From the NCBI GenBank assembly GCA_030704615.1, contig CM060732.1, positions 82,398,001 through 82,462,000 of the forward strand: a stretch of 64,000 nucleotides of DNA, given 5' to 3'. Of the stretch, positions 48,980-60,392 are shown piece by piece (positions within the stretch are counted from its first letter, which is position 1; the number at the start of each line of letters is the position of its first letter). Source of the DNA: Takakia lepidozioides (lineage: Eukaryota > Plantae > Bryophyta). Below the pieces are notes generated by a model. That model was not told the origin of the DNA. It made no database searches and worked only from the letters and a program-made list of their open reading frames with translations. The position numbers were made by a program, and so were the translations under genes.

Positions 48980-51566
48980 TTTTTTTTCTAGGCTTCGTGT
49001 TCTCTGTGTACTTTTCCGTCGTCACTATGGCTCCGAATGCAAGTGTCATTTTTGGAGGTCCTCCCAAAAACTTTGGGTTTAGGAATAATAGACAGCAGCG
49101 TGAGAGACAAAAAAAATAGAGGGTTTTACAGTCAAAATGGTGTGGGTCTTCTGGGCTCAGCCCCGCTCTCCCCTCCAGGCAGACAGGTGGAGCTGTGGAG
49201 TGAGGAGGCGGCGGTTATGAAAGAAGACCAAGTTGTCTTATCTCTGGATATGGAAGTCTTAAAAAATCTCTCTGCTGCTATCTAAAAGAGGAATCTTGCT
49301 CCTCTTTCCTGGTAGGGTCAGAGATCGTCATTGGGTCAGAACATGGGCTCAGGAGCATTTGGGCCCGGATGGAGGCCTCACCAAGCATTTTTGTCACCCC
49401 CTTGGAAGGGGCTTCTTTTCTTTTCTGTTCAGCTTTGAGGAATTTGCTGCCAAGGCCCTCAAGTTTAACACTCACAAGTCCCACTATCGAGTCCATATAT
49501 TTCCATGGTCTTCTGATTGGGGTCATAAAATGGGGGTTACTTGTAAACCCAGAGTGCTTGCTTTGCCTTATCTCCCTGCCATCTATCTAAAATCTCTACC
49601 TGAAATAGGTGCTCACTTTGGTTCATATATTGGATCTATGAATGTGGATGACTTGGATGAAGAGGATCTCCTCAACATTGATTCGGTGGCCAACATGGAG
49701 CATTCTTGGGATTCAGGTCTTCCAAAGATCGTTGTATGGATGCCTGAGAATGTGAACTTAGAACCATCCCTGAAACTCCCAACCTTGGACAACATGTTCA
49801 TCACGGTGGCTGTGCTGGAAGAGTCACTTAATGTGCTTTGTCACCAGTGTCATAGGGAAGGGCACATTAAAGTGGATTGCCCACAGCTAAAGAAGGCCAG
49901 AAGCTCTAATGTTGTGACTCCGTCTGTTGCAGCAGAACAGGCTGCTATGAATCATCATGGTCAGAGGGGTAGTGGCCCAAGTGAAGGTGGCAGTGCCAGA
50001 ATGCGAATAAACAAGACGATGCCCGAGACGATGGCTTTCCGTCCGTTAGACATCAGGCCAAGAGGCCTAGGGTACTGTCCACCCCTGCCTCTGCTTCCCA
50101 GTTCAATGCAAGAGAATTCTTGCTCTCTCCGGTTCCGCTGATTGCAAGGTCCAGGGCTGAGGCTCTTATCGATAAGGTTGGCCATGATGAAGAGGACAAC
50201 CTAGGAGCCTTCTGCTGCCGGCTCAAGTCCTTTCACAAGCTAAATCTCCCGGATGACCCCTCTCCTACAGATGGCCCGGTTTATCTGGGTGTGCGCATCA
50301 CTCCTATAATCTTTACTCTCATTGATGGTAATCCTGCAATCTTGGCTACAAGCAAGGAAACATTCGTGGGATCGTGGATATTCCCAGAGGATGTAGTGGC
50401 TTTCTCACCAAGAGAAGAGATGGAGGTCATTTTGGCTAAAATCAGTAGCATCTTCTTGCATTATCTTCCTAACTTAATTCTCAATGAAGGTACACAAATT
50501 TTCTTCGGTGCTTTCCAGCACCAAAGCACCTCTGGAGATTACAGTGTCCAACTCCTCCCTACCATACGCATTTCTGATCTTAAACTCTTGGACAACTCCT
50601 CCTCTGCACTAACCTGGTTGTCTAGAAAGAACATTCCAGAGGGTTTTGGAGATGTGGGGAACAGAAAATTCTTGGCTTCAATTTATAAAGCAGGAATGGA
50701 GATTGTAGAGGAGTTCCATTACTCCCAAAGGAATCTCCCCTCGGAGGACGAACCTCCATCAAGTGCCAAGTTCTTCACCATTATGGATCTGGCCACCACT
50801 GCCCCATCCCCGGTGAGCTCGAATAATCTCTGCTGCTCTCACTCGCTTCTATCTCTTTCCCCCACTTCTTTCTCTTCCCTCTTTCTGAGACCTATCTACT
50901 GTTATAAAACCAAGCTTCATATGTGTTGCAGTTCTCCCTCTTGGACTATTCTATTCCTCCCCACTATTGTCATCCCTGCTTGTGGACAATTGCTATGCCC
51001 TGTTTCTTCCTTCTCTTGCAAAGTTAAAGGGCTTTTCTTGGTCAAACTCTGGTTGGACTCTCTCATTTATGCAATTCCCTTTCTTCATCTCCAGCTTTCC
51101 TTGGCTCTGTTTGATCAGCCATCATTTCGTTGGATCTCACCAACGGGCTGGGAAAAATTCCCCACATGACCTGGTCCCTATTCTCTTGGAACATACGTGG
51201 TATGGGCTCGGATACCACTATGCCTAAAAGACGACGAGTAAAATTGTGGGCTTCTTCCCTTATGTCTACTTCAGCTATCATTTTTCTCTAAGAAACTAAG
51301 TTAGATGATGTTAAGATCGGATCCATTGGAAACAGCTTCTGGCCCTCGCATGTTGCATTGTGGAACCCCACTATTTCCTCCTTTCGTGGAGGAACGGCGA
51401 TACTGGTATCTCCGACCATTGCTGGTTCAATAAACAAAGTAGAAATCTGGATCCAAGGTCGTGTCCAAAGCCTTTTCACGGACCCCTCCTCACCCTTTGG
51501 CCCCACTGCTTTCATAAATGTGTATGCGCCGAATCTATCTCAAGAAAGAGCTGTTCTCTGGGATGC
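48980..51566 (+). mobile_element. L1-clade LINE, 5' part: ORF1 (DUF4283-like + zinc knuckle) and start of the APE endonuclease
   Basis: PLGRGFFSFLF and CHQCHREGHIKVDC in 49296-50141. TWNIRG...IIFL*ETK, GGTAIL and INVYAPN from about 51190. The frame resumes at 60393. Confidence 0.85.
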
Positions 51567-53499
51567 TGTCACGGACATAGCCCAGAGGAACTTATCAGGA
51601 GTAAATACCAGAAGTTACCATGTTACCAAAAGTTACCATGACTTACCGTGATTTACCATGATCTACCATGATTTACCATTACTTACCAAGTTACCGGAAG
51701 TTTACCAAATTACCAAGAGTAACTTGGGAAACTACTCAGAAAGCTTCATTTGGAGGAAACTTCTCTATCAAGATACCTTCTTTGTTTAAGGAAGCTTCTC
51801 CATCAAGAAACCTTTGTTTAATCTTGGAAACTTCTCCAGCAAGAAACCTCTATAGGGGAAGCTTCTTGGGGAAGCTTCTTAGTAGCCAGTATATATAAGA
51901 GGCGAGACTCGACACTCTTCAGTCTCGCCAACACAAGTTCAAGCTACTCTTGTTCCAAGTCCAGTATTCCAGTCCAGTTTCCAGTATCTGGTATTCCAGT
52001 TCAGTTTCCAGCATTCCAGTATCCGAGTCGAGTTCCAGTATTTTGTATTCTTGTCCATTGTTATAAAGATCATCTTAATTCATGTTCACCTACCATGCAT
52101 TCGGCCACACCGACCTTGACTTCTTGTCTAGTCTCGCCAAATTGTCAAGGACGAGAACATGACATAACACAAACACGAGATCAGACTAGAGGTACATTGT
52201 CAAGGACGAGAACATGACTGAACACAAACAAGATATCAGACTAGAGGTACAAGACTAGGCAAGAAGTCAAGGTCGGCGTAGCCGTATGCACGATGAGTAA
52301 ATAGAAATCAAGGTGATCTTTATAACAATGAACAAGGGTACAAGATATTGGAACACGGCTTCAATACTGGAATGCTGGAAACTGAACTGGAGTACCAGAT
52401 ACTGGAAACTGGGCTAGGGTATTGGGAACTGGACTGGAGTACTGGGAACTGGAAACAAGAGTAGCTTGAACTGGTGTTGGCGAGACTGAAGAGTGTCGAG
52501 TCTCGCATCCTATATATACTGGCTACTAAGAAGCTTCCCCTATAGAGGTTGCTTGCTGGAGAAGTTTCCAAAATTAAACAAAGGTTTCTTGATGGAGAAG
52601 CTTCCTTAAACAAAATGAGGTATCTTGATGGAGAAGTTTTCTTCAAATGAAGCTTCATGAGCAGTTTCCCAAGTTACTCTTGGTAATTTGGTAAACTCCC
52701 GGTAACTTGGTAAATAATGGTAAATCATGGTAGATCATGATAAATCACAGTAAATCATGATAACTTCCGGTAACATGGTAACTTGGTAACTTCTGGTATT
52801 TACTCTTGGTAAGTTCCTCTGGGCTATGTCCGTGACATCACCCCCTCCTCTAGCACCGAGTTCCTCGAGGAGCGGTAAAATCTTGGACTTGCTTAGAGTT
52901 GGAGAAAATCCAAAATTCGACGAATGGTACTTGTCAAGTATTCGGCTCTTCGTTCTTGACTCAAATGATTTATAGGTCTCTACAACCATCGATAGTGTCC
53001 AACACCTTGAACTTGGGACCACGCAGTAATTTGAGCATTCTAATTTTTGAAGCTGCCTTCAAACATGATTTCGTTGCCTTCTCGGTCCGAAGCCTCAACC
53101 TCCAACAGAATTATCAGACTTCGAGTAGGCTCCACTTGCCGTCGTACGGGGTCCAGACGAGGAAGTACGCGTCGCATTGGTGGCCCATCGTCTCGAGAGC
53201 GTCGACGTGATGTTGAAGGTCGTAAGAATCGGAATGGCTGATCTGGTAGTTGGGTAAGCGACAACTCCAATGTATCTGGTTCCCGTGACTCCATGCTGCA
53301 AATACAAGATGCAAGAGTGCTGGAAGTGTAGCTATATATACTGATATTTGGTGTTCCTCCCTCCTTAGCGTGTATCAGGTACATTGAATGTGGAGTCTTC
53401 ACCTTGAAGCTAACTTGACTGACATCATCGTTGTGACGTCTATTGACGTGTAGCTCGGGGCTTAGCTGGATATCATTGATAAAACTCTTGGACTTTTTC

Positions 53500-56400
53500 A
53501 GAGGCATTGGTGAGGTTGGATGAAGGTTCTCACGTTCGTTCGCTGATGTCGTAGCCTATCCAATGTACGAAATACTCAAGACGTTTATACTTTATGCGAG
53601 AATTTAGGACTTCGTCGACTTCATACTCAATTTCTTGATTGACTTCGATTGGTGGAGGTGGTACGGAAACTCTCCCTGGAATATTCGATGGATGATACAA
53701 CTCCAACAATGAAACATGAAAGATTGGATGAATGTGCATACTTCGTGGGAGTTCAAGCCGAAAACTGACCGGATTTATTTGTCGAATAATTTTGAATGGT
53801 CACAGGCGTTGATAATCCAACTTCTTTAATGGTCGCGAGATTTGTATGTCTCGTCGAAGAAACCACACACGATCTCCGACCTTGAACTGGGGTTGGAGTT
53901 GGCGACGTTGATCTGCATACTCCTTGTATTGTTTTTAAGCTTCTGCGAGGTGGAATGTAAACTCCTTGTGAATCGTAGCAAGATGAGTAGTAAGGTTTTT
54001 TGCAGCAGGGCTTCCAACAGTCTTCATATGGAATGGGTTTGCTCGAGCGAGGATGATGACCATAATTGCAGAAAAATGGAGTTTGTTTGGTCGAAGAATG
54101 TATAGTATTGTTGTAGGCAAACTCAGCCAATGACAGAAGATCCGTCCAATTATCTTGGTGATATTGTGGTCCTCGATCAGATACGATGTCCTTTGGGAGT
54201 CCATGAATGCGGTAGATATTATTGAGGAAGAGTCTTGCAGTTTCCTCGCCGGTAACCGTCTTATTACATGGTATGAAATGTGTCATCTTCGTAAAATGAT
54301 CTACAATAACAAGGATTGAATCGGTGATCTTGGAAATTGGAAGGTCCGTAATAAAGTCCATAGACACGGACGACCATGGACCCTTAGAAATGGGTAATGG
54401 TTGAAGAAGGCCGTAAGGTCGATGTCGTGGTCCCTTCACTCTAGCACACGTGTCGCAAGATTTTATAAATTCTTTCACGAGTTTCCACATCTGTGGCCAC
54501 CAATAGTCCCTGGATATCTATTCCATTGTTTTGTTGAAGCCGAAATGTCCTATAGCTGGAAGATCATGATATGTTTGAAGAATTCGAAGTCGTATAGGTC
54601 CTGGAGGTACATAGAGAAGTCCCTTGAAATAAAGTAAGTCATCTTTGAATTTGAAGTCGTTTGTAACATGTTGATTGTATCGAGGTCGATTTAGTTGACT
54701 TCGTAGTGTCGTAGCAAATTGGTCGTTCTTCAGTGCTTCCTGAATCTCCTTTATGATCTCTGCATCGTCATAGGTGGACATGGATAGCATATTCAAATGG
54801 AGATTTGCTGGTTTCAAGATGATGGATTTTTGTTGGTCAAAAACTGCATCCCCTTCTTTTGGCGCAAGATATGATCGTCGAGAAATAGCATCTGGTTTTC
54901 CTTGAAGATGTCTGGGACGGTAAATAGATAACGTCATTCCTCAAAAGCATCGATAATCGCTAGAAGTTCTTTGTCATGGATTTCATAATTGATCTCCGTA
55001 GCGGAAAATTTGCGAGAACGAAAACCAACAGGATGGAGTCGGCCATCTGTACCGTATTGAGAGAGTACCGCGCCAAGTGCAAAGTCCGATGCATCTGCTT
55101 CTAAGAAGAATGGTTTAGATGGGTCTGCATGTACCAGTATGGGAGCCGTTGTAAATGTCTGCTTCAGCCTTTCAAATGCCTAGTCAGCCTATCGTCCCAT
55201 ACAAATTTGTCCTTCCCTGTAAGTCGTGTCAATGGTGCAACAATTTTGGAGTAGTCATTGATGAAGATTCTATAAAAATTTGCAAAGCCCAGAAAACATT
55301 GTGCATCTCGGACCGAAGTTGGTTTAATCCACTCGATGATGGTTTGTATTTTTTTCTGATCCATAAAGACGCCTTTGTCGGAAATAATGTAGCCAAGAAA
55401 TTCGACCTCGGATTGATAGAAAAGACATTTCTCCAACTTGGCATATAGTCCTCTTTCTTTTAATTTATCAAGGACAAAGCGTACATGGCGGCCATGTTCT
55501 TCTTCATTATGTGAAAATATCAAAATGTCGTCCAAATAGATGACTACAAAGTTATCTAAAAATTCTCGAAAGATGTCATTCATCATATGTTGGAAAATTG
55601 CTGGAGCATTTGTAAGACCGAAAGGCATAACATTGTATTCAAAATGTCCATACCTTGTTCGAAAAGTTGTTTTCGATTCGTCTCCTTCTTTTATCCGTGC
55701 AAGGTTATAAGCTCCTCTCAAGTCAATTTTGGTGAAAGTCTTCGCTCGTCCCAGCTGGTCGAGAAGCCCAGAAATCAGCGGCAATGGATAACGATTCTTG
55801 ATTGTGACTTTGTTGAGACCGCGATAGTCGACACACATGCGTAATGATCCATCCTTCTTTTTCACAAACAAGATAGGCGTCCCCGCGGGTGATTTTGAAT
55901 GTCGGATGAAGTGCTTCGACAAATTTTCATCAATGTATTCACGTAATGCAACCAACTCCGTCTGGGATAAGTTATAGATTGGGCCGAATGGTGGTTGGGC
56001 TCCTTCTTGTAACTCAATTGCACAGTCATAAGGTCGATGTTCTGGCAATATGTCTGCATTTTTCTTCTCGAAGACATCTTTGAAATCTTGATATTGAGCG
56101 GGTAATGTTGAAGTACATTTGTCTGTTATGGTCTTAATCAGAGTCGCATAAAGTGCAAATGTCGCCTCTTTTTTGGTAGCTCTCATGAAAGCTATAGCTC
56201 CAAGGAACAGGGGTTGAATACCTTTGATAGTTCTATATTTTTGTCTCGCGGAAATTTTTCGCGACCGCCAGTCGATGTCGGGATTGTGAAGTACGAACCA
56301 GGGAAGTCCAAGGATCACAGGATTCGTTGGAGACTGGATGACATTGAAAACAATATGTGATGCTTGATCTTTAAGCTTCACTTCAAGTGATCGAGTTTCA

Positions 56401-56696
56401 TGGTCCACATTTCCTGATGCTAATGGTTGTCCATCGATGACTTCAACGGGGGCCGAGAGTTTCTTCTTTACGAGCATTAAATTGTGTTGTTTCGCAAAGT
56501 TTTTGTCCATAAAACAAGCTGAAGCTCTTGAGTCCAAAAGTGCTTCTATAGTCATATCTCGATTTTGCACTCTGATTTTTACCGGAACTGTGAAGCAAGG
56601 TGCAGGGTCTGGAGGTAGAAAGAGACATTTTTTCGGTAAGGAATTTGTGGAGTCCAGCCGCATGGTCCTTACTGTGACTGGACATCTTCGTTTGCC
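53500..56696 (-). pseudogene. pol: pol (protease, RT, RNase H, integrase, chromodomain) of the Tcn1-like element, disrupted
   Basis: [42 protein letters not shown]...[32 protein letters not shown]...[10 protein letters not shown]. Deletions in RNase H and integrase. Confidence 0.92.
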
Positions 56697-57709
56697 GACC
56701 TCCTCGTATCAAACACTTGAGTTGTGCTCCGAGCTTTGAATCTTCTCTTGTTGGGGCAGTTTAATGCTATTTGATCTTCTTCTCCGCAATAGAGGCATAA
56801 TCCATTCGAGCGCCGTCTTTGTTTTTCATGTGGCGTCAATGGCTTGAATCGGACAGCATCAATCTGCATAAGATCACTACTGGATGTCTGATGGATCGTT
56901 GTGTTTGGTGCCGTAGTAGCTGTGACATGATGCGTCGTCGACCATCTAGATCGCTTCTCTTGACGTCTTTCGAACAAACGATTATCGCATGCAATGATTT
57001 GGGTGATGAATTCACTCAGTGTGCTCACGTTTTGCATTGTTAGCAACAAATCTTTTACATCATCTTTTAGTCCACATCGAAACTGACTAATGAGGCTCTT
57101 CTCATTCCAGTCGAGGTCGCACGCAAGTTGTCGAAATTCGGCAGCATAAACGGAAGCAGGACGTGCTCCTTGCCGAAGATTTCGCATCTTTGTTTCTGCA
57201 ACTCTCTCTCTATCATTCTCTCCAAACGTTGCAGTGAACTCGGACATGAATGCTTCAAAATTGTATAGTAAATGCGAATTTTTTTCTAATAGCGGTGCAA
57301 ACCAAGATAGGGCAGTGCCTGATAGAAGGGTGCCCACGAATCCCACTTGAATATCTTCATCGGGGTAACGTTATGGATTTAGTCGTAGGAACAGTCGTAC
57401 TTGTTGAACAAAACCGCGAAATCTTGATCTCGTCCCATCAAATTTCTCGGGCATGCTGATCTTTGGTTCACTCGTAATCTGTTGAAGATGAACCTTTGCA
57501 GTATGAGCTGTTGCAGTAGGGACTCGTATGGTTGAAGATCCATTGTTCGACTCCTTTAACTCTGAAATTTGTTGTTGCAAATTGTGGAGAGCGTTGCCAA
57601 GATCTTGAGACTGATCAGCTTGCAATTGGGCGGTAGAGGTATGAAGTTTTTGCATCTGGAGCTGAAGACTCTGCAATGTGGTGACCATTTCCGCAAATGT
57701 GCCTTCCAT
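56669..57709 (-). pseudogene. gag: gag of the Tcn1-like element (sushi/PEG10-type capsid, degenerate CCHC), one premature stop
   Basis: EPKISMPEKFDGTRSRFRGF, LLSGTALSW, LRQG..ASVYAAEF, MQIDA and LCLYCG. TAA at 57371 where the copy at about 63950 has CAA. Confidence 0.9.
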
Positions 57710-60392
57710 CTTAACTAACTAACGAACAAACTTGGGCGAGAACATGACAGAACACAAACAAGATATCAGACTAGAGGTACAAGTAAACAAGAAGTCAAGG
57801 TCGGCGTGGCCGAATGCATGGTAGGTGAACATGAATCAAGATGATCTTTATAACAATGGACAAGAGTATAAAATACTGGAACTCGACTCGGATACTGGTA
57901 TGCTGGAAACTGGACTGGATACTGGAAGCTGTATTGGAGTACTGGACTTGGAACAAGAGTAGTTTGAACTTGTGTTGGCGAGACTGAAGAGAGTCCAGTC
58001 TCGCCTCTTATATATACTGGCTACTAAGAAGCTTTCCCAAGAAGCTTCCCCTATAGAGGTTTATTGCTGGAGAAGTTTCCAAAATTAAACAAAGGTTTCT
58101 TGATGGAGAAGCTTCCTTAAACAAAGAAGGTATCTTGATGGAGAAGTTTCTTCCAAAGGAAGCTTCATGAATAGTTTCCCAAGTTACTCTTGGTAATTTG
58201 ATAAACTCCCGATAAGTTGGTAAGTAATGGTAAATCACGATAAGTCATGATAACTTTTGGTAACTTGGTAACTTCTGGTATTTACTCTTGGTAAGTTCCT
58301 CTGGGCTATGTCCGTGACATCACCCCCTCCTCTAGTACCGAGTTCCTCGAGGAGCGGTAAAATCTTGGATTTGCTTAGAGTTGGAGAAAATCCAAAATCG
58401 ACGAATGATACTTGCCAAGTGTTGGAAGAGCATGTTCATTTACAAATCATTCTGCTCACTCCTCCAGTGGTTTGAAACAGTGGTTTTCAAAATATCATTC
58501 ATGCTAGGTATTTTTTGCTCAATAATGCAATACTTCATTGCTAACATGTGTCATTCTTGTTGCCATTTTGTGACAAAAAGTATGCAACAAAGAAGGCACA
58601 GTTCACAGCAGACAGAGAAGCATGTGGTGATGAGTGACGTGCCAATCGACGTCTACCTTATCAGATCAGCCAATACCTAGGTCATTAGATGGTCCCACAG
58701 CTCTAAATAAAGAAGACCTGACTATGTTGGCTACCATTCAAGCGGCATTTGTGCAACCAACCGCTATTCCAGTTGAGCACGTTCTTGACTCAAATGATTT
58801 ATAGGTCCCTGTAACTATCGATAGTGTCCAACACCTTGAACTTGGGACCACGCAGTAATTTGAGCATTCTGATTTTCGAAGCTGCCTTCAAACATGATTC
58901 CGTTGCCTTCTGGGTCCGAAGCCTCAACCTCCAACAAAATTATCAGACTTCAAGTAGGCTCCACTTGCCGTCGTACGGGGGCCAGATGAGGAAATACGCG
59001 TCGCATTGGTGGCCCATCGTCTCGAGAGCGTCGGCGTGATGTTGAAGGTCGTGAGAGTCGGAACGGCTGATCTGGTAGTTGGGTAAGCGACAACTCCAAT
59101 ATATCTGGTTCTTCTGATTTCATGCTGCCAATACAAGATGCAACAGTGCTGGAAGTGTAGCTATATATATACTAATGTGTGGTGCACCGAGCTACACGTG
59201 AATGAGACGTCACAACGATGATGTCAGCCAAGCTAGCTTCAAGAAGAAAACTCCACATTCAATGTACCTGATACACGCTAAGGAGAGAGGAGCACCACAC
59301 ATCAGTATATATAGCTACATTTCCAACACTCTTGCATCTTGTATTGGTAGCATGGAGTCATAAGAACCAGATACATTGGAGTTGTCGCTTACCCAACTAC
59401 CAAATCAGCCGTTCCGACTCTCACGACCTTCAACATCACGCCGACGCTCTCGAGACGATGGGCCACCAATGCGACGCGTACTTCCTCGTATGACGGCAAG
59501 TGGAGCCTACTCGAAGTCTGATAATTCTGTTGGAGGTTGAGGCTTCGGACCCAGAGGGCAACGAAATCATGTTTGAAGGCAGCTTCGAAAATCAGAATGC
59601 TCAAATTACTGCGTGGTCCCAAGTTTAAGGTGTTGGACACTATCGATGGTTACAGGGACCTATAAATTATTTGAGTCAAGAACGAAGAGCCGAGTACTTG
59701 GCAAGTACCATTCGTCGGATTTTGGATTTTCTCCAACTCTAAGCAAGTCCAAGATTTTACCGCTCCTCGAAGAACTCGGCGCTAGAGGAGGGGGTGATGT
59801 CACACACATAGCCCAGAGGAACTTACCAGGAGTAAATACCATAAGTTACCAAGTTACCATGTTACCGAAAATTATCATGACTTACCGTGATTTACCATGA
59901 TCTACCATGATTTACCATTACTTACCAAGTTACCGAGAGTTTACCAAATTACCAAGAGTAACTTGGGAAACTACTCAGGAAGCTTCCTTTGGAAGAAACT
60001 TCTCCATCAAGATACCTCTTTTGCTTAAGGAAGCTTCTCCATCAAGAAACCTCCATAGGGGAAGCTTCTTGGGGAAGCTTCTTAGTAGCCAGTATATATA
60101 GGAGGCGAGACTCGACACTCTTCAGTCTCGCCAACACAAGTTCAAGCTACTCTTGTTCCAAGTCCAGTATTCCAGTCCAGTTTCCAGTATCTGGTATTCT
60201 AGTCCAGTTTCCAGCATTTCAGTATCCGAGTCGAGTTCCAGTATTTTGTACTCTTTGTCCATTGTTATAAAGATCATCTTGATTCATGTTCACCTATCAT
60301 GCATTCGGCCATGCCGACCTTGACTTCTTGTCTAGTCTTGTACCTCTAGTCTGATCTCTTGTTTGTGTTCTGTCATGTTCTCGTCCTTGACA

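Larger units (their letters stand above)
51567..60392. mobile_element. Rearranged Tcn1-like Ty3/gypsy block with four LTRs, inserted in the LINE endonuclease
   Basis: LTR A 51567-52133(+), B 52198-52837(-), C 57734-58319(-), D 59798-60392(+). TGTCA...TGACA ends. PPT AGAGGAGGGGGTGA. TSD GATGC/TATGC. Removing the block restores LINE LWDA/IRDK. Confidence 0.92.

Noticed and set aside
51668-51898. Recurrent 76-aa ORF MIYHYLP... (also 58008, 59907, 63082)
   Set aside because: Lies within LTR U3 repeats; recurrence reflects LTR copies, not a gene.
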